This document shows positions 43,538-53,920 of a stretch of DNA of 64,000 nucleotides, piece by piece. Each line of letters starts with the position of its first letter. Positions within the stretch are counted from its first letter, which is position 1. This DNA is from Barthelona sp. PCE. Lineage: Eukaryota. Where the stretch lies: positions 744,001 through 808,000 of the forward strand of contig JAUFOR010000008.1 of NCBI GenBank assembly GCA_040285745.1, read 5' to 3'. Below the pieces are notes generated by a model that saw nothing but the letters and a program-made list of their open reading frames with translations, had not been told where the DNA came from and ran no database searches. The translations under genes and the position numbers were made by a program.

Positions 43538-45382
43538 TTAGTGAAGATCTCTGTAATCCGGAATTTTTTTTGTAATGTGAATATAGTGCTTTCCTTCACA
43601 TAACACTTCTGTTAGTGACACAATGCTATTTGTATGAGACAAAAGTTCGAGCTCCTGTGAGTATTCGAATGTTTCCAGCACTATATCGAACCCCATTAAA
43701 TTTTTTTTTGCAGCTCTAATTGTGTAGGGTTCAGGAGACCACAAAAAATACAAATTCGTCTCGAAGCATCCAACCTTTGTGGTTGCATCTTCTGTAACAC
43801 GCACCAGTCCGTCATCATCTAAGAAGGCATCGGGCCCAATAAAAAAAGCAAAACTATCGTGAGCGATCGTTTTGATCACTGTTTCGTTGAATATCACAAC
43901 GACCATCTCCTCTTCATAAGTACAATCTTCATAATCGAATGTTCCGTATTCAACAACAGCCATTTGTGGATTGTGAGGGTTAACTGTGATTGAGATGTCA
44001 TCCGCTTCCATGGTCATGCTCACAGAAGCAACCAACTCGCCATTTTTGTTGAATTCAACAGCCCAAATAATTCCAGTGTCAGCAAACCAAAACATGTTGC
44101 CTTCCATAGTAAATATTGCTGACTCACTGGGCTCCCGTATGAATGCAATCTCATTCTGTGTCTTCAGTACTCTATTGCCACACAATGCAATGTATCGCTC
44201 ATGTGGGAAAATTCCGTTGCAAATATCTTCTTCATAAACAAATGCATCTGTTGAGTTAACAGTGTTACCCATCTTATCAAGTACAGTGAGTTTGCTCGGC
44301 CACTCTTCCCGTGTTACGCTGTATCCATGAGGGTTGAAGTGAACGAATCTGCTTGTGCACTCATTCGCAACAAAGAAATGCGTTATCTGCCGTGATATGC
44401 AGTCGATATACATGCTCTGGGAATGGGATTGGAGAACAACAACCCCATTGACCATGTTAAGAAAGCAATTGGCACAAATTCCATTGGCATTGTGCCCTAT
44501 ATTTGATATTCGGAATTGGCTAACCATCTTTTTCTCCTTAAGCAACACAGTTCCGCAGTCGGAGGACAAAAACATGCCAGCGGGCACATTTGACGAGTCG
44601 GATACCCAAGCACCGTCGCAGTAGGCAAGCATACTCCGGTTGGGTATCGTTATAGTGTACAAGGTTTCTTGATCATAACACGCACTTGATATTATTTCTC
44701 CTCCAGGAGGTGGAGCGACAGTAGAGGTTTCAAACGAAAAAAAACCATTCTCGAAAGATATTGATGTTAGTGCGCCATCAGCAAAAAATAAGTCGGTAGG
44801 AGTTGAGGCGCTGACTAACCGACAGATACACAAGGAGTCAACCTGCTGGATTGGGATGTCAAGCTGTTTGGTGACAACTTTCTTTTGAGAAGCATCGTAT
44901 GTCAACACATAATGAGAATGCTCAACATCATCATATGTGCTGTAGTAAACAAAATTTGTATGTGAGTAAGAATTGCGATGAACTGTACATTGACCATTGA
45001 CCAATAACTCTTCTGATCCATCCATTGGGTTGACCATCATTATGCCTGCTATTCCACAATATATTAGAACAGGACCCATAGCTTTCTCAAATCTCATCCC
45101 ATCTAGATTTTCATCGTACTTAACCTTAACATGCATATCAATTTTGTAAGCATCAGAAATTGATACAAAATCTAAGGTATCAGTTTGTTGAACATAATAT
45201 CTGCCAATTACAGAATCATATCCAGTAGGGGAACGGTCAACAATCAGAAATTGTTCTAAAAGAATAACAATATAGGCGTTTTCGTTGGGTATTTGTTTGT
45301 CAGGATGAAATAGAAGTTGTTTGCTCTCAGAAATAGGTTCTACAAAACCTATATCTGTTGTAAAAGTTTTCCTACGAGGCAT
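43538..45382 (-). CDS. Beta-rich hypothetical protein, possible distant member of the MPR family
   Basis: Start at MPRRKT avoids overlap with Slu7; similar length and composition; NP motif and LETF near the C-terminus. Confidence 0.7.
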   Translation of the reverse strand: MPRRKTFTTDIGFVEPISESKQLLFHPDKQIPNENAYIVILLEQFLIVDRSPTGYDSVIGRYYVQQTDTLDFVSISDAYKIDMHVKVKYDENLDGMRFEKAMGPVLIYCGIAGIMMVNPMDGSEELLVNGQCTVHRNSYSHTNFVYYSTYDDVEHSHYVLTYDASQKKVVTKQLDIPIQQVDSLCICRLVSASTPTDLFFADGALTSISFENGFFSFETSTVAPPPGGEIISSACYDQETLYTITIPNRSMLAYCDGAWVSDSSNVPAGMFLSSDCGTVLLKEKKMVSQFRISNIGHNANGICANCFLNMVNGVVVLQSHSQSMYIDCISRQITHFFVANECTSRFVHFNPHGYSVTREEWPSKLTVLDKMGNTVNSTDAFVYEEDICNGIFPHERYIALCGNRVLKTQNEIAFIREPSESAIFTMEGNMFWFADTGIIWAVEFNKNGELVASVSMTMEADDISITVNPHNPQMAVVEYGTFDYEDCTYEEEMVVVIFNETVIKTIAHDSFAFFIGPDAFLDDDGLVRVTEDATTKVGCFETNLYFLWSPEPYTIRAAKKNLMGFDIVLETFEYSQELELLSHTNSIVSLTEVLCEGKHYIHITKKIPDYRDLH

Positions 45383-45442
45383 CAAAAGGCAATTCTTCTG
45401 AGAAAGGGATAGTTTGCAAAAAAGCAGCGTAATAATTTTTAT

Positions 45443-46036
45443 ATGGTTCATCACAGAGCTAAGCCCGTGAGATGTCGATTTTGTGGGGCAGTAGACCACT
45501 CATCAGGAAGATGTCCAACAAAATCAGGGAGAAAGCAGAAATCAGTGAATATGTTTAAAGCAGTTAAAACCAGTATCAGGAAAGCTCCAATTCCAACCAC
45601 ATATGAGGAGGCCCGCAGCTCCTGGGCATCATATGATTCAAAGAACTATCAGAAGCACATTATGAAGAAAGAAGAGCTTAAAAAGACACGAGAGGCAAAG
45701 CAGTTCCAAGAGCTCATGTCTATGGTTGAAACAAACCCCGAATTGCTCAAAGATGAGGATTTTTTGAGGCGCTTTCAGAATACAGAGGTTAACGCAGAAG
45801 TTTTAAACACTGTATTAGAGAACGCACAGGTACCGCAATACATCCAGGATATGTTGGGGATGAAGAAAGAAGTGGAAACGGCACCGAGGAAGAAGCTGTT
45901 TGGGGCAGTCGATATTTGGTATCGTGAAGCAAAGGGAGCAGAACATACACAAGTATGGGGTTCGTACTTTGTGAATGGGCGATGGGGCTACATCTGTTGT
46001 AAGTCTTGTGACAGGGAGAGTCGTTGTGTTTGTTGA
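45443..46036 (+). CDS. SLU7: Slu7-like second-step splicing factor (short)
   Basis: CxxCGA.DH…C zinc knuckle, YEEARSSWASYD and HTQVWGSYF..GRWGYICC signature. Confidence 0.82.
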   Translation: MVHHRAKPVRCRFCGAVDHSSGRCPTKSGRKQKSVNMFKAVKTSIRKAPIPTTYEEARSSWASYDSKNYQKHIMKKEELKKTREAKQFQELMSMVETNPELLKDEDFLRRFQNTEVNAEVLNTVLENAQVPQYIQDMLGMKKEVETAPRKKLFGAVDIWYREAKGAEHTQVWGSYFVNGRWGYICCKSCDRESRCVC

Positions 46037-46302
46037 TTTTAAAGACTTTCTTTCATTATGATGGAAGGTTTTCAGCAAATTGACTATGTTCAAAGCTTAT
46101 AGTGGGAGGTTGAAATTCTTATTGGATTTCTTATGGTACAATTGAGAGATAAAGAATTTTGTTTTCTATGTATACTATTAATGAGATATTGTGAAATTAT
46201 TCAGTCCATTATGGTGTGAATTTCGATATTGGGAACATGTACATGAGGGATATATAAGTAAAAACCTGTTAAATCGTTTTTTTCTTTGTTAGCGCATTTA
46301 AT

Positions 46303-49146
46303 ATGCGGGACAGGGCAGGTTCACATCAAACACACGAAAGTCCTTCTAAGGGCCGGGGGCGAGCAGTAGGAGTCCAGGTTGCAGTGAGATTAAGACGTCC
46401 AGTAACTATAGCAGAGAAGCAACAGTCTTCAGAGCCTATTTATGCAGACGTGGTGCAAAACAGCATGATATTGACCGACAGGGGACACAGATATGAATTT
46501 CCGTACGATAACGTGTTTGGGCCTGACGTTGACCAAGAAGCTATCTTTTCTTCCAGTGTTGAACCGCTAATTGCACACTTTCTGAACGGATTCAACGCAA
46601 CAGTGCTTGCATATGGATGTACAAACGCGGGAAAGACATACACATTGGGAACGTCGTTGGTTACGAGTCGTATTGGTTATTCTGAAGCTGGAATAGTTCC
46701 CCGTGCAATGGAGCACATATTCAAAGAGCGAGCGGCAAAGATGGAGTTCACAGTGTCGTTCATTGAGATTTACAATCGTAGTGTTATAGATTTGTTGAGC
46801 CATAATTCATCTTCAGAGATCGCAGCAAGATTCACAGCCAATCACGTTTCAATGCCAACGTTGACCGTAGAGCCAGTTAAGAGCGCGGAAGAGGCGATTG
46901 CTTATCTCCAACAGGGTATTACTGAGCGCAGAATTCGGGAGACAGAGGCAAACCCGCAGAGCTCACGGTCTCATGCCATTTTTATGGTGCGAATGGTGCA
47001 CAAAGGATACACATCATCCTTCTTCTTCTGCGATCTAGCGGGAAGCGAAAGCCAGAAGAAAGCCAAGACCAAAGGGCAAGGGTTCCGTGAGCACGTGGCG
47101 ATCAATCAGGGCTTGAGCGTCTTGAACGCCTGCATTCGCGCGCTTGCCGCCAAGAAGAAGCACATTCCCTTCCGAGAACACACGCTGACAATGATGTTGC
47201 GTGAGTCGTTGGGTGGTAATTCACAGACGCTCATGCTTGTGTGCGTATCACCAGCGCATGATGTTATACGACAGTCTCTCATAACCTTGAAGCACGGACG
47301 TCGTGCGCGCTCCGTCACAAACAGACTTATTCGAGTTAAGGCCCAACCTCCTGAAGATCCTGGCAAGAGATTGGAGAACGCATACAATGAGATACGAAGG
47401 CTGCGCTGTGAGCAAGTTGAGGCTGCATTCACAAAGGATGGGATCGACATACGCGAGAGTATGGTCCTTGACTACCTAGGAGAGCATTTCCCGACTCTCA
47501 TGTCAAAGAAAGATCGTGAAGAGGAAAAGAAAAAAGCAAAAGAACGGCCGAGCTTCAATATATATAAACGCGACATGTTGAGCCTTATCCAACAGGTTGA
47601 AATGGAGAAGCTTGATGATGGTAAGTTCATACGCAAAGACCCTGGGGCCAACTTTGCCGTGCAGGTTGATCTGACAGGTGCAGGCCAGACACAGATCGCC
47701 GCCAGCTTTGAGAGCTCACCCAACCAGAAAAGCATTGTTGTCGACTCCGACAACGATGAGTTACAGTGGGAGGACAAGATGATGTCTTTACATTTCAAGG
47801 TTGCGCCGATGCTGAGGAACGACAAGAGCGATGCAGTGATCCTGGATACGATGGTGCCACGTCAGCGCACAGATTCATTGAGCGGTGAGCTGAAATCATT
47901 TGAGGACCGTAACGTAATCAAGAACGACGATGTTCTTTTGGCATTCAACGATGTTGCTGTACCTGATGAGAGCCGTACATACAGAGATCACTTCTTCGAC
48001 GAGGGTAAACGACGACTGAGGTCAGTATTTGCGAACGAACTTAAGGAGGCGGGGAGATTTACGACTTCTTCGTTTGCATACGTTCGAGGTTCCTTTTATG
48101 AGTTCATCAAGAGACTCGGTATTGGAACGGGAGATGCCATGCGGGAGTTACGTGAGCAGAAAGTTATGTTCAACGCAAACATGGCGAAGAAGCTTGCTGT
48201 TGGCCGCAGTCGCTGTGAAGTTTTTGAGCGAAAAATGGAACAATACAAGCACGATCCGAACGGCGAAAAGAGCCAACAGTACCGATCCAAGTATGAAAAA
48301 GCGCACAAGTTGTTTATCCAATTCAGTGACGACGTTTCACAAGAGTTAGAAGGATTTGACATACAGATTGACATGTTTAACAAGCTTCATGACGGCTGTA
48401 AGGCTACGCAGGAGCTTATTGCACAGATGGGTCTCAAGCAGTTTACTTTTTCTCAGTTCTTCAACAGGCTTGTGGGTCAGATGACCTTCATTGGACGAAC
48501 GATTGCCATATATTCAGAGGTGCTCAAGAGACAACGAGGAGAAGAGGTCGACGACACAGATGTTGTTGATGTTAAGGTTTCAGAGCTCCTTATGCAGTCA
48601 CAGAGCGAGAACGAGATGCTGGTTGAGAAGTACAAGGAGGAGATGAAGGGGTTGCGTGCTTGTCTCAAGTTCTGTTTGAACGATGATCCGGTGCTCCTCA
48701 ACATTGCTGGATACCTCATGGATCAGTTAGAAGCCCTTCACAAGTATCTTTCTCGGTCTAACTCACTCATGCTCAGTGTGACAAAGTACAAACAACAGGT
48801 TCACGAGCAATCCTTTTCGATAGAAGGACTGCAGCGGCGGTTAGATGATCAAGCTGTTACTGTGCGCAAGTTGAATAATGACAAGAGGACCATGCAGGCC
48901 ACAGTGGAGAAGATGGAAATGCGTATGCAGCATAGCGCAGATTCAAGCACGAAGTTTGAGGAGCTTAGAGAGAAATACGAGGAGTTAAGAGATAATTACG
49001 AAGAGTTAAGAGCGAAGTATGATCGACAGAGCCAAACACTGTCATTAAAATCAAGAGCCTTGCTTGATCTAGCAACGGACTTCGCCCGATCTACAAATAT
49101 AACACCACGAACAATATCAGTACCTCTAGCACGTATTGAAGAATAA
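46303..49146 (+). CDS. N-terminal motor kinesin with coiled-coil tail
   Basis: VAVRLR, AYGCTNAGKTYT P-loop, SSRSHAIF, DLAGSE, HIPFRE and SLGGNS motifs. Confidence 0.93.
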   Translation: MRDRAGSHQTHESPSKGRGRAVGVQVAVRLRRPVTIAEKQQSSEPIYADVVQNSMILTDRGHRYEFPYDNVFGPDVDQEAIFSSSVEPLIAHFLNGFNATVLAYGCTNAGKTYTLGTSLVTSRIGYSEAGIVPRAMEHIFKERAAKMEFTVSFIEIYNRSVIDLLSHNSSSEIAARFTANHVSMPTLTVEPVKSAEEAIAYLQQGITERRIRETEANPQSSRSHAIFMVRMVHKGYTSSFFFCDLAGSESQKKAKTKGQGFREHVAINQGLSVLNACIRALAAKKKHIPFREHTLTMMLRESLGGNSQTLMLVCVSPAHDVIRQSLITLKHGRRARSVTNRLIRVKAQPPEDPGKRLENAYNEIRRLRCEQVEAAFTKDGIDIRESMVLDYLGEHFPTLMSKKDREEEKKKAKERPSFNIYKRDMLSLIQQVEMEKLDDGKFIRKDPGANFAVQVDLTGAGQTQIAASFESSPNQKSIVVDSDNDELQWEDKMMSLHFKVAPMLRNDKSDAVILDTMVPRQRTDSLSGELKSFEDRNVIKNDDVLLAFNDVAVPDESRTYRDHFFDEGKRRLRSVFANELKEAGRFTTSSFAYVRGSFYEFIKRLGIGTGDAMRELREQKVMFNANMAKKLAVGRSRCEVFERKMEQYKHDPNGEKSQQYRSKYEKAHKLFIQFSDDVSQELEGFDIQIDMFNKLHDGCKATQELIAQMGLKQFTFSQFFNRLVGQMTFIGRTIAIYSEVLKRQRGEEVDDTDVVDVKVSELLMQSQSENEMLVEKYKEEMKGLRACLKFCLNDDPVLLNIAGYLMDQLEALHKYLSRSNSLMLSVTKYKQQVHEQSFSIEGLQRRLDDQAVTVRKLNNDKRTMQATVEKMEMRMQHSADSSTKFEELREKYEELRDNYEELRAKYDRQSQTLSLKSRALLDLATDFARSTNITPRTISVPLARIEE

Positions 49147-49147
49147 T

Positions 49148-50812
49148 TTACAGATCCTCATCGGAAGAGTCAGACCAAAGATCCAAAGCGTTGACGCTAT
49201 TTTCAGCCTCAATATCGCGAACATATTCGGTAACCTCAATAGGTTCCTCACGCAGTTCGACGATTTTTTGAGCTTGTCTCATTGCAAACGGCTCATTGCG
49301 ATCCATGGCCTCCTTAAATGAATTGAGTGTTTTTAGTTGCATTCTCTTTCTGAGTACACGATGGAGCTTTGCCTGCTTTTCTTTTTTGCGCTCCTCATCC
49401 TCATTGTACACCTTCCGCGCCGTCAGAAGCATCTGTCTATGGTGATCATGGCCGCGTTCCATTTTTTTAGTAAAGGTAGCACCCAACCTCTTGTCGCTTT
49501 CCTTCTTGAAATCATCAAATACGACGTTTCGACCTACGGGAACAACGCTAAACTTCTTTGGATGGTCATATACACTATCCTTATTGACCACATCTTGGGA
49601 AGGTAGTAGGAAGGCGTCCAGTTCTGTGAATTCGCGTCTCTGCCTTTGCGGTACCAATGTGCTATCAACAGATAGTTTGGGAGCCTCCATACCGAGCGCA
49701 ATGGGTTCTCCAAGAGGCTTTTTGGCAAAGGCAGTTATAAAGTTGTCGCTCAAGTCCTGCAGCTCGCCCTTGAACTTATTGGCCTTCTCATCATATTTGC
49801 CTTCAAGGTCGTAATCCATAAAGACAACCCTTGTGCTCTTTGCAAATCTCTCGTGGTCGGGGCCATCGACAAGCAACAAATTATCCTCGATATTTGGTCC
49901 CAATGACTTGGGTGCAGTGCTTAACCTCTTCTTCTTTCTCTTTGAACGCTTTGTGGGCGAGAGCTTCGGCTTCGTATCGTTCGGTGATGCCTGGAAGTGA
50001 TTGTTGGTGGCTATACTTGGAGAAGCCATACTGAAGGAAGTGGTTGACATTTCACCACCTTCATCTTGGATGAAGCCGAACAAGCTTGGTCTGCGCAGCG
50101 CCACGTCCTTCAGGTTATCGTTAAAGCTTGCCCTTGAGAATGAAGACACACTTCTAATGCGCTGTGTCCTTTTTGCAACCTCCGTTGCGGGGAATATCGC
50201 ATCAAGCGTATCAGGGACCAATTGGGCCTCAAGCATTGGCTCGTGCTCGCGAGGAGATATCGTCTCACGTGGTGTGTGGGGCATTGAGTGAGCTTTAGTG
50301 ACTTCAACACCAGCTAGTTCCGTCATTGTGCGCTCAAGAGTTCGCCCAGATACCGGGCGCAGCTCCTCCGCAGTACCATGCAGCAGGGCTTTCGAGCGCT
50401 GATTCTCCGTATCCATCATAATACTGCGAAATATATCGCGCTTGGACAAGGAATTAAAATATCTCTTCTTTTCCTTCAGTTGTTCCAGTTGGATTTTCTC
50501 TTTCTTCAGCAGTTGACGCGATGTCCTGTCCTCTGCTGTTGTGTATGTCCCTGATTTTGGTTGAGAAAAGAACCTATGTGTGGAATCTCTTCGTTTAAGA
50601 ACATAGTCGACTTCAGAGTCTTTATCTGAGTCGCTGTCATCGTACACTTTTGTTATTACTTCTGAATCGAGGTTACCTATACTCCTATCGAATTCATCCA
50701 TCTGTTTGTATGTGCTATTGACCAATTTCTTTTCACTCTTCTTCTTGAGCTTGTCCAATGCCCTTCGTTCCTTACGGATCTGCACCAGTCGAGAGGTGCG
50801 AGTCGATATCAT
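49148..50812 (-). CDS. Charged low-complexity hypothetical protein
   Basis: 554-aa ATG-initiated ORF convergent with the kinesin; no family recognised. Confidence 0.7.
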   Translation of the reverse strand: MISTRTSRLVQIRKERRALDKLKKKSEKKLVNSTYKQMDEFDRSIGNLDSEVITKVYDDSDSDKDSEVDYVLKRRDSTHRFFSQPKSGTYTTAEDRTSRQLLKKEKIQLEQLKEKKRYFNSLSKRDIFRSIMMDTENQRSKALLHGTAEELRPVSGRTLERTMTELAGVEVTKAHSMPHTPRETISPREHEPMLEAQLVPDTLDAIFPATEVAKRTQRIRSVSSFSRASFNDNLKDVALRRPSLFGFIQDEGGEMSTTSFSMASPSIATNNHFQASPNDTKPKLSPTKRSKRKKKRLSTAPKSLGPNIEDNLLLVDGPDHERFAKSTRVVFMDYDLEGKYDEKANKFKGELQDLSDNFITAFAKKPLGEPIALGMEAPKLSVDSTLVPQRQRREFTELDAFLLPSQDVVNKDSVYDHPKKFSVVPVGRNVVFDDFKKESDKRLGATFTKKMERGHDHHRQMLLTARKVYNEDEERKKEKQAKLHRVLRKRMQLKTLNSFKEAMDRNEPFAMRQAQKIVELREEPIEVTEYVRDIEAENSVNALDLWSDSSDEDL

Positions 50813-51308
50813 GCTGGAAAAGGGTTGAGAAGTTTGAAACGTTTCAGTATGTCTTTGTAAATTTTCAAAGGAAAGCCTTCAGAAGTATCCTTTTTTTGAG
50901 AGTGCTAACGTAAAGGATGTTCAATTTTAAGGGTTTATGTGCTGAACTTTTATTGCATCTAACTCCTCACCAGTTAGTCAATATATATATTCAGTCCAGA
51001 GTGTTTAAATTGTATGATGGCCATAATATTTCCATAAAACTATTGTTCAACCGTTAAAAGAAAGATTTTTTGGTATAGTTGTGTAATGATGAGACAATAA
51101 CAGTAATGTGACAGAACAAGGTTGAAATATTTACTGAATGTCTGGTAATTATGTTTAAATAAAGCTTCAAAGTAGTAGTTAGCAATATCATTCTGCAGGT
51201 TTGTGTAAACTTTCATTCTTTGACATTCACATTTTATTTTGTGTCTTTTAGGGTAGGTCTACATCAGCTTATTTCATCAATTTTGTATCTAAATAATTCC
51301 CCTTTTCC

Positions 51309-51938
51309 ATGCTAAAGTTTTTAATTTTGGCGGTTCTGGTGCTTTCAGTGAGTGCCCTACATTTCAATCTTCCCGAAAACAAGCAGATGTGCTTCGTTGA
51401 GGAACTTGCAGATCATCAAATGTTTGCTGTTCTTTACCACGCTAAAACCACTGCTATTCAAGGCACAGACGGGCATGTCAACCGACTGGGGGGACATATC
51501 GAGATCAGAGATCCTGACGGAAAGATCATACAAAAACCACGAATTGAAGATCATGATCGTATTGTTTTTACGACATCTAAAGAGGGACGTCATCAGATTT
51601 GCTTCTGGGCAGACCATCACAGGTTTACAAAATTTTTGAGACAGATCAGTATTGACTTTGAGTTCAAGTATGGTGCTGATGCCATTGATTATGAAGCTGT
51701 AGCTGAATCGCAACATTTTGACGAGCTTGCAACGTCCGTATACGAACTGCACCAACATTCTGAAGACATTCTGAAAGAATACACATACCTCAAGCATCGT
51801 GAGAAGGATTGGCGAGCAACCAGTGATCACACATCCAGTCGTGTTAAATTCTGGCTTGCTTTCGAGATTATTCTGATGCTGGGATGTACATATATTCAGA
51901 TTCGTCACTTCAAACAGTTCTTAAGACCGTTTTATTAA
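51309..51938 (+). CDS. p24/emp24 GOLD-domain cargo receptor
   Basis: Signal peptide, CFVEEL…G.HQICF GOLD cysteines, coiled coil, RE…R.TS..T.SRV, C-terminal TM. Confidence 0.9.
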   Translation: MLKFLILAVLVLSVSALHFNLPENKQMCFVEELADHQMFAVLYHAKTTAIQGTDGHVNRLGGHIEIRDPDGKIIQKPRIEDHDRIVFTTSKEGRHQICFWADHHRFTKFLRQISIDFEFKYGADAIDYEAVAESQHFDELATSVYELHQHSEDILKEYTYLKHREKDWRATSDHTSSRVKFWLAFEIILMLGCTYIQIRHFKQFLRPFY

Positions 51939-52314
51939 GCACTAGTAAAACTAGCAATGTATTTTTTTCTTCTACGGTATTTTTGGCCCTTTTATTCATT
52001 AACACACGGATATGAGCGTCGTTTTTGATGAAAATTAGTGTTGTAGTGGCAAGTTGCCGGCTTGATATTTATGTTTTCATTATTATCATTTCAAGATTAA
52101 ATTAGCAGCTAAATTGATGAAACATTAACAGTTATGCATACTATTAAGAGGATATTTCTTGGATTATACGTGGAAATCCATTTTTAAGTGATTTGAGAGT
52201 TTACACTGTTTATTTTATCATGATAAGGACAATTATGAAATGTCTTCCATCCAACAACGAAACATTGAATACTTTTCAGTGTGTTTCACGCTATTTTACC
52301 ATTTTCACTTACTA

Positions 52315-53796
52315 ATGGAGCCTGTAGATGAGATAAGTGAAAAGGACGTTATGCTTTCTTTGTACGTTGAGGCATATGAACAATCAGAAGAATACATTGA
52401 CCCATATCACCTACCACCACAAGTAGCAAAGATTCCGCTTGGGTTAGAGGGCTTTAAAGAGACATTTCAGGATGTGCGTGAGCGTAGGGAGTTGTACGAT
52501 CAGGTAGATGTTGCGGAAGACTTGTTGATCAAGTATTCACATCACAGAAAGCAGGCAGCAAAGGTTAACGTTGGCGTTCGCCCAGTGTTGCCCACAGACT
52601 ACGAATTTTTGCTGCGGTTGCGACCATGCTCATCCAGATCATCGTACAGCGATCAGGTCTCTGATGATTCTGTCAGAATTCGGATAACTGCAGCGCTTAA
52701 GCTCGATGACGAGTACGTTGTCATAATGGGTGGCGGGGTTCGCATCATGGCATACCGTTTGAAGCAAGAGGGGGTGTTGTTTAACTACTCGTTGCCACCC
52801 ACAAAGGATGATGAGAAGCTGTATTGCAGTCACGTCTTTCAGGAGGACGAAGGCAACGCCATATTGGCCGTGGGAACAACGTCCAACAGGATCATCATCT
52901 TCGAGATGTCGTCAAAGAAGTGTACTTTGCTATGTGTCTTGGCTTCTGAGCTGAGCGAGTCGGAGTTTGTGCTTGCAGACATCCAGGTTTGCGGAGAGTT
53001 TGTCTTCGGCCTTGACAATTCGGGCATGCTTTCAGTGTGGCGCTACAGATCTCGCGATCCGGATGGATGGGTGCTGAACCCAAAGCGAATTTATTCGCAG
53101 CTGATTGTGAACCTGCCCAGTAATTCGTTCCAGGGAGTGCTAAAGTTGCGCATGCAGTACGATCCCACAATGAATATCCTTTACGTTGCCACATCAGCGG
53201 TGGGTATTGTAGCGTATGTGGTTAACGGTGACACTGTGATTAAGAGGAGCTCCACCCCTATCTCCACGCACGTGCACCCCTCGGGCGTGTACGATTTCGT
53301 GCTTGTTGATAAGGGCGTCGCAATTAGCACAGCTGCTGACGGGTCTTGGTTGGCGTGGCAGATAAACAGTGTGCAACAGTCCCAGCAGGAGTTGCCACAC
53401 GATGCTTCAAGTCACCCGAGACTGCAGCGCGCGTTTGATGCAGGTAAAAAGCCGCGTTCATTCTGCATTAACGGATCGTGTAGACTGTTCGGTAGTGAAC
53501 TGAGGCGGAGTAATTTTAAGGAACAGTTTTTGTTTACTCCACGAAGCGAAAAGCGCGGTAAAAGCCGTGTCAGCATCGGGCTTGATATATTCTCATTGGA
53601 AGGTATGGATACACCCCCTAAAAACGGTTTTTCTACTTTTTTACGGAAACCCGTCTCTTATATTCGTTTTGATGGTATTGAGGAGGACCGTGTCGAGTCA
53701 GTGAGCGTCTCAAAGGATATGAATATTGTAGTTGTGGGTATGTCGAATAATCAGGTAGTTATTTATTCAAGATACTGGCAGGATCCTTATATGTAA
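52315..53796 (+). CDS. Divergent WD40/beta-propeller protein
   Basis: LAVGT…IIIF, GMLSVW, STAADGSW.AW and VVVGMSNNQVVIY blade-like segments; upstream ATG 52240 also possible. Confidence 0.6.
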   Translation: MEPVDEISEKDVMLSLYVEAYEQSEEYIDPYHLPPQVAKIPLGLEGFKETFQDVRERRELYDQVDVAEDLLIKYSHHRKQAAKVNVGVRPVLPTDYEFLLRLRPCSSRSSYSDQVSDDSVRIRITAALKLDDEYVVIMGGGVRIMAYRLKQEGVLFNYSLPPTKDDEKLYCSHVFQEDEGNAILAVGTTSNRIIIFEMSSKKCTLLCVLASELSESEFVLADIQVCGEFVFGLDNSGMLSVWRYRSRDPDGWVLNPKRIYSQLIVNLPSNSFQGVLKLRMQYDPTMNILYVATSAVGIVAYVVNGDTVIKRSSTPISTHVHPSGVYDFVLVDKGVAISTAADGSWLAWQINSVQQSQQELPHDASSHPRLQRAFDAGKKPRSFCINGSCRLFGSELRRSNFKEQFLFTPRSEKRGKSRVSIGLDIFSLEGMDTPPKNGFSTFLRKPVSYIRFDGIEEDRVESVSVSKDMNIVVVGMSNNQVVIYSRYWQDPYM

Positions 53797-53920
53797 AAAA
53801 CGTGTCTTTGTATTGGGTTGAATGTATATGAGCAGGATCTATCCTGCATTTAGTTGTGAATGTTGTTTTTGTCTTTTGAACACTTTACCTTTTCTTTTTG
53901 TATTATATATTCAGTTGCTC

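Noticed and set aside
51154-51167. TTTAAATAAAGCTT resembling part of the IR at 3654-3667
   Set aside because: Short AT-rich match with no flanking similarity; likely chance.
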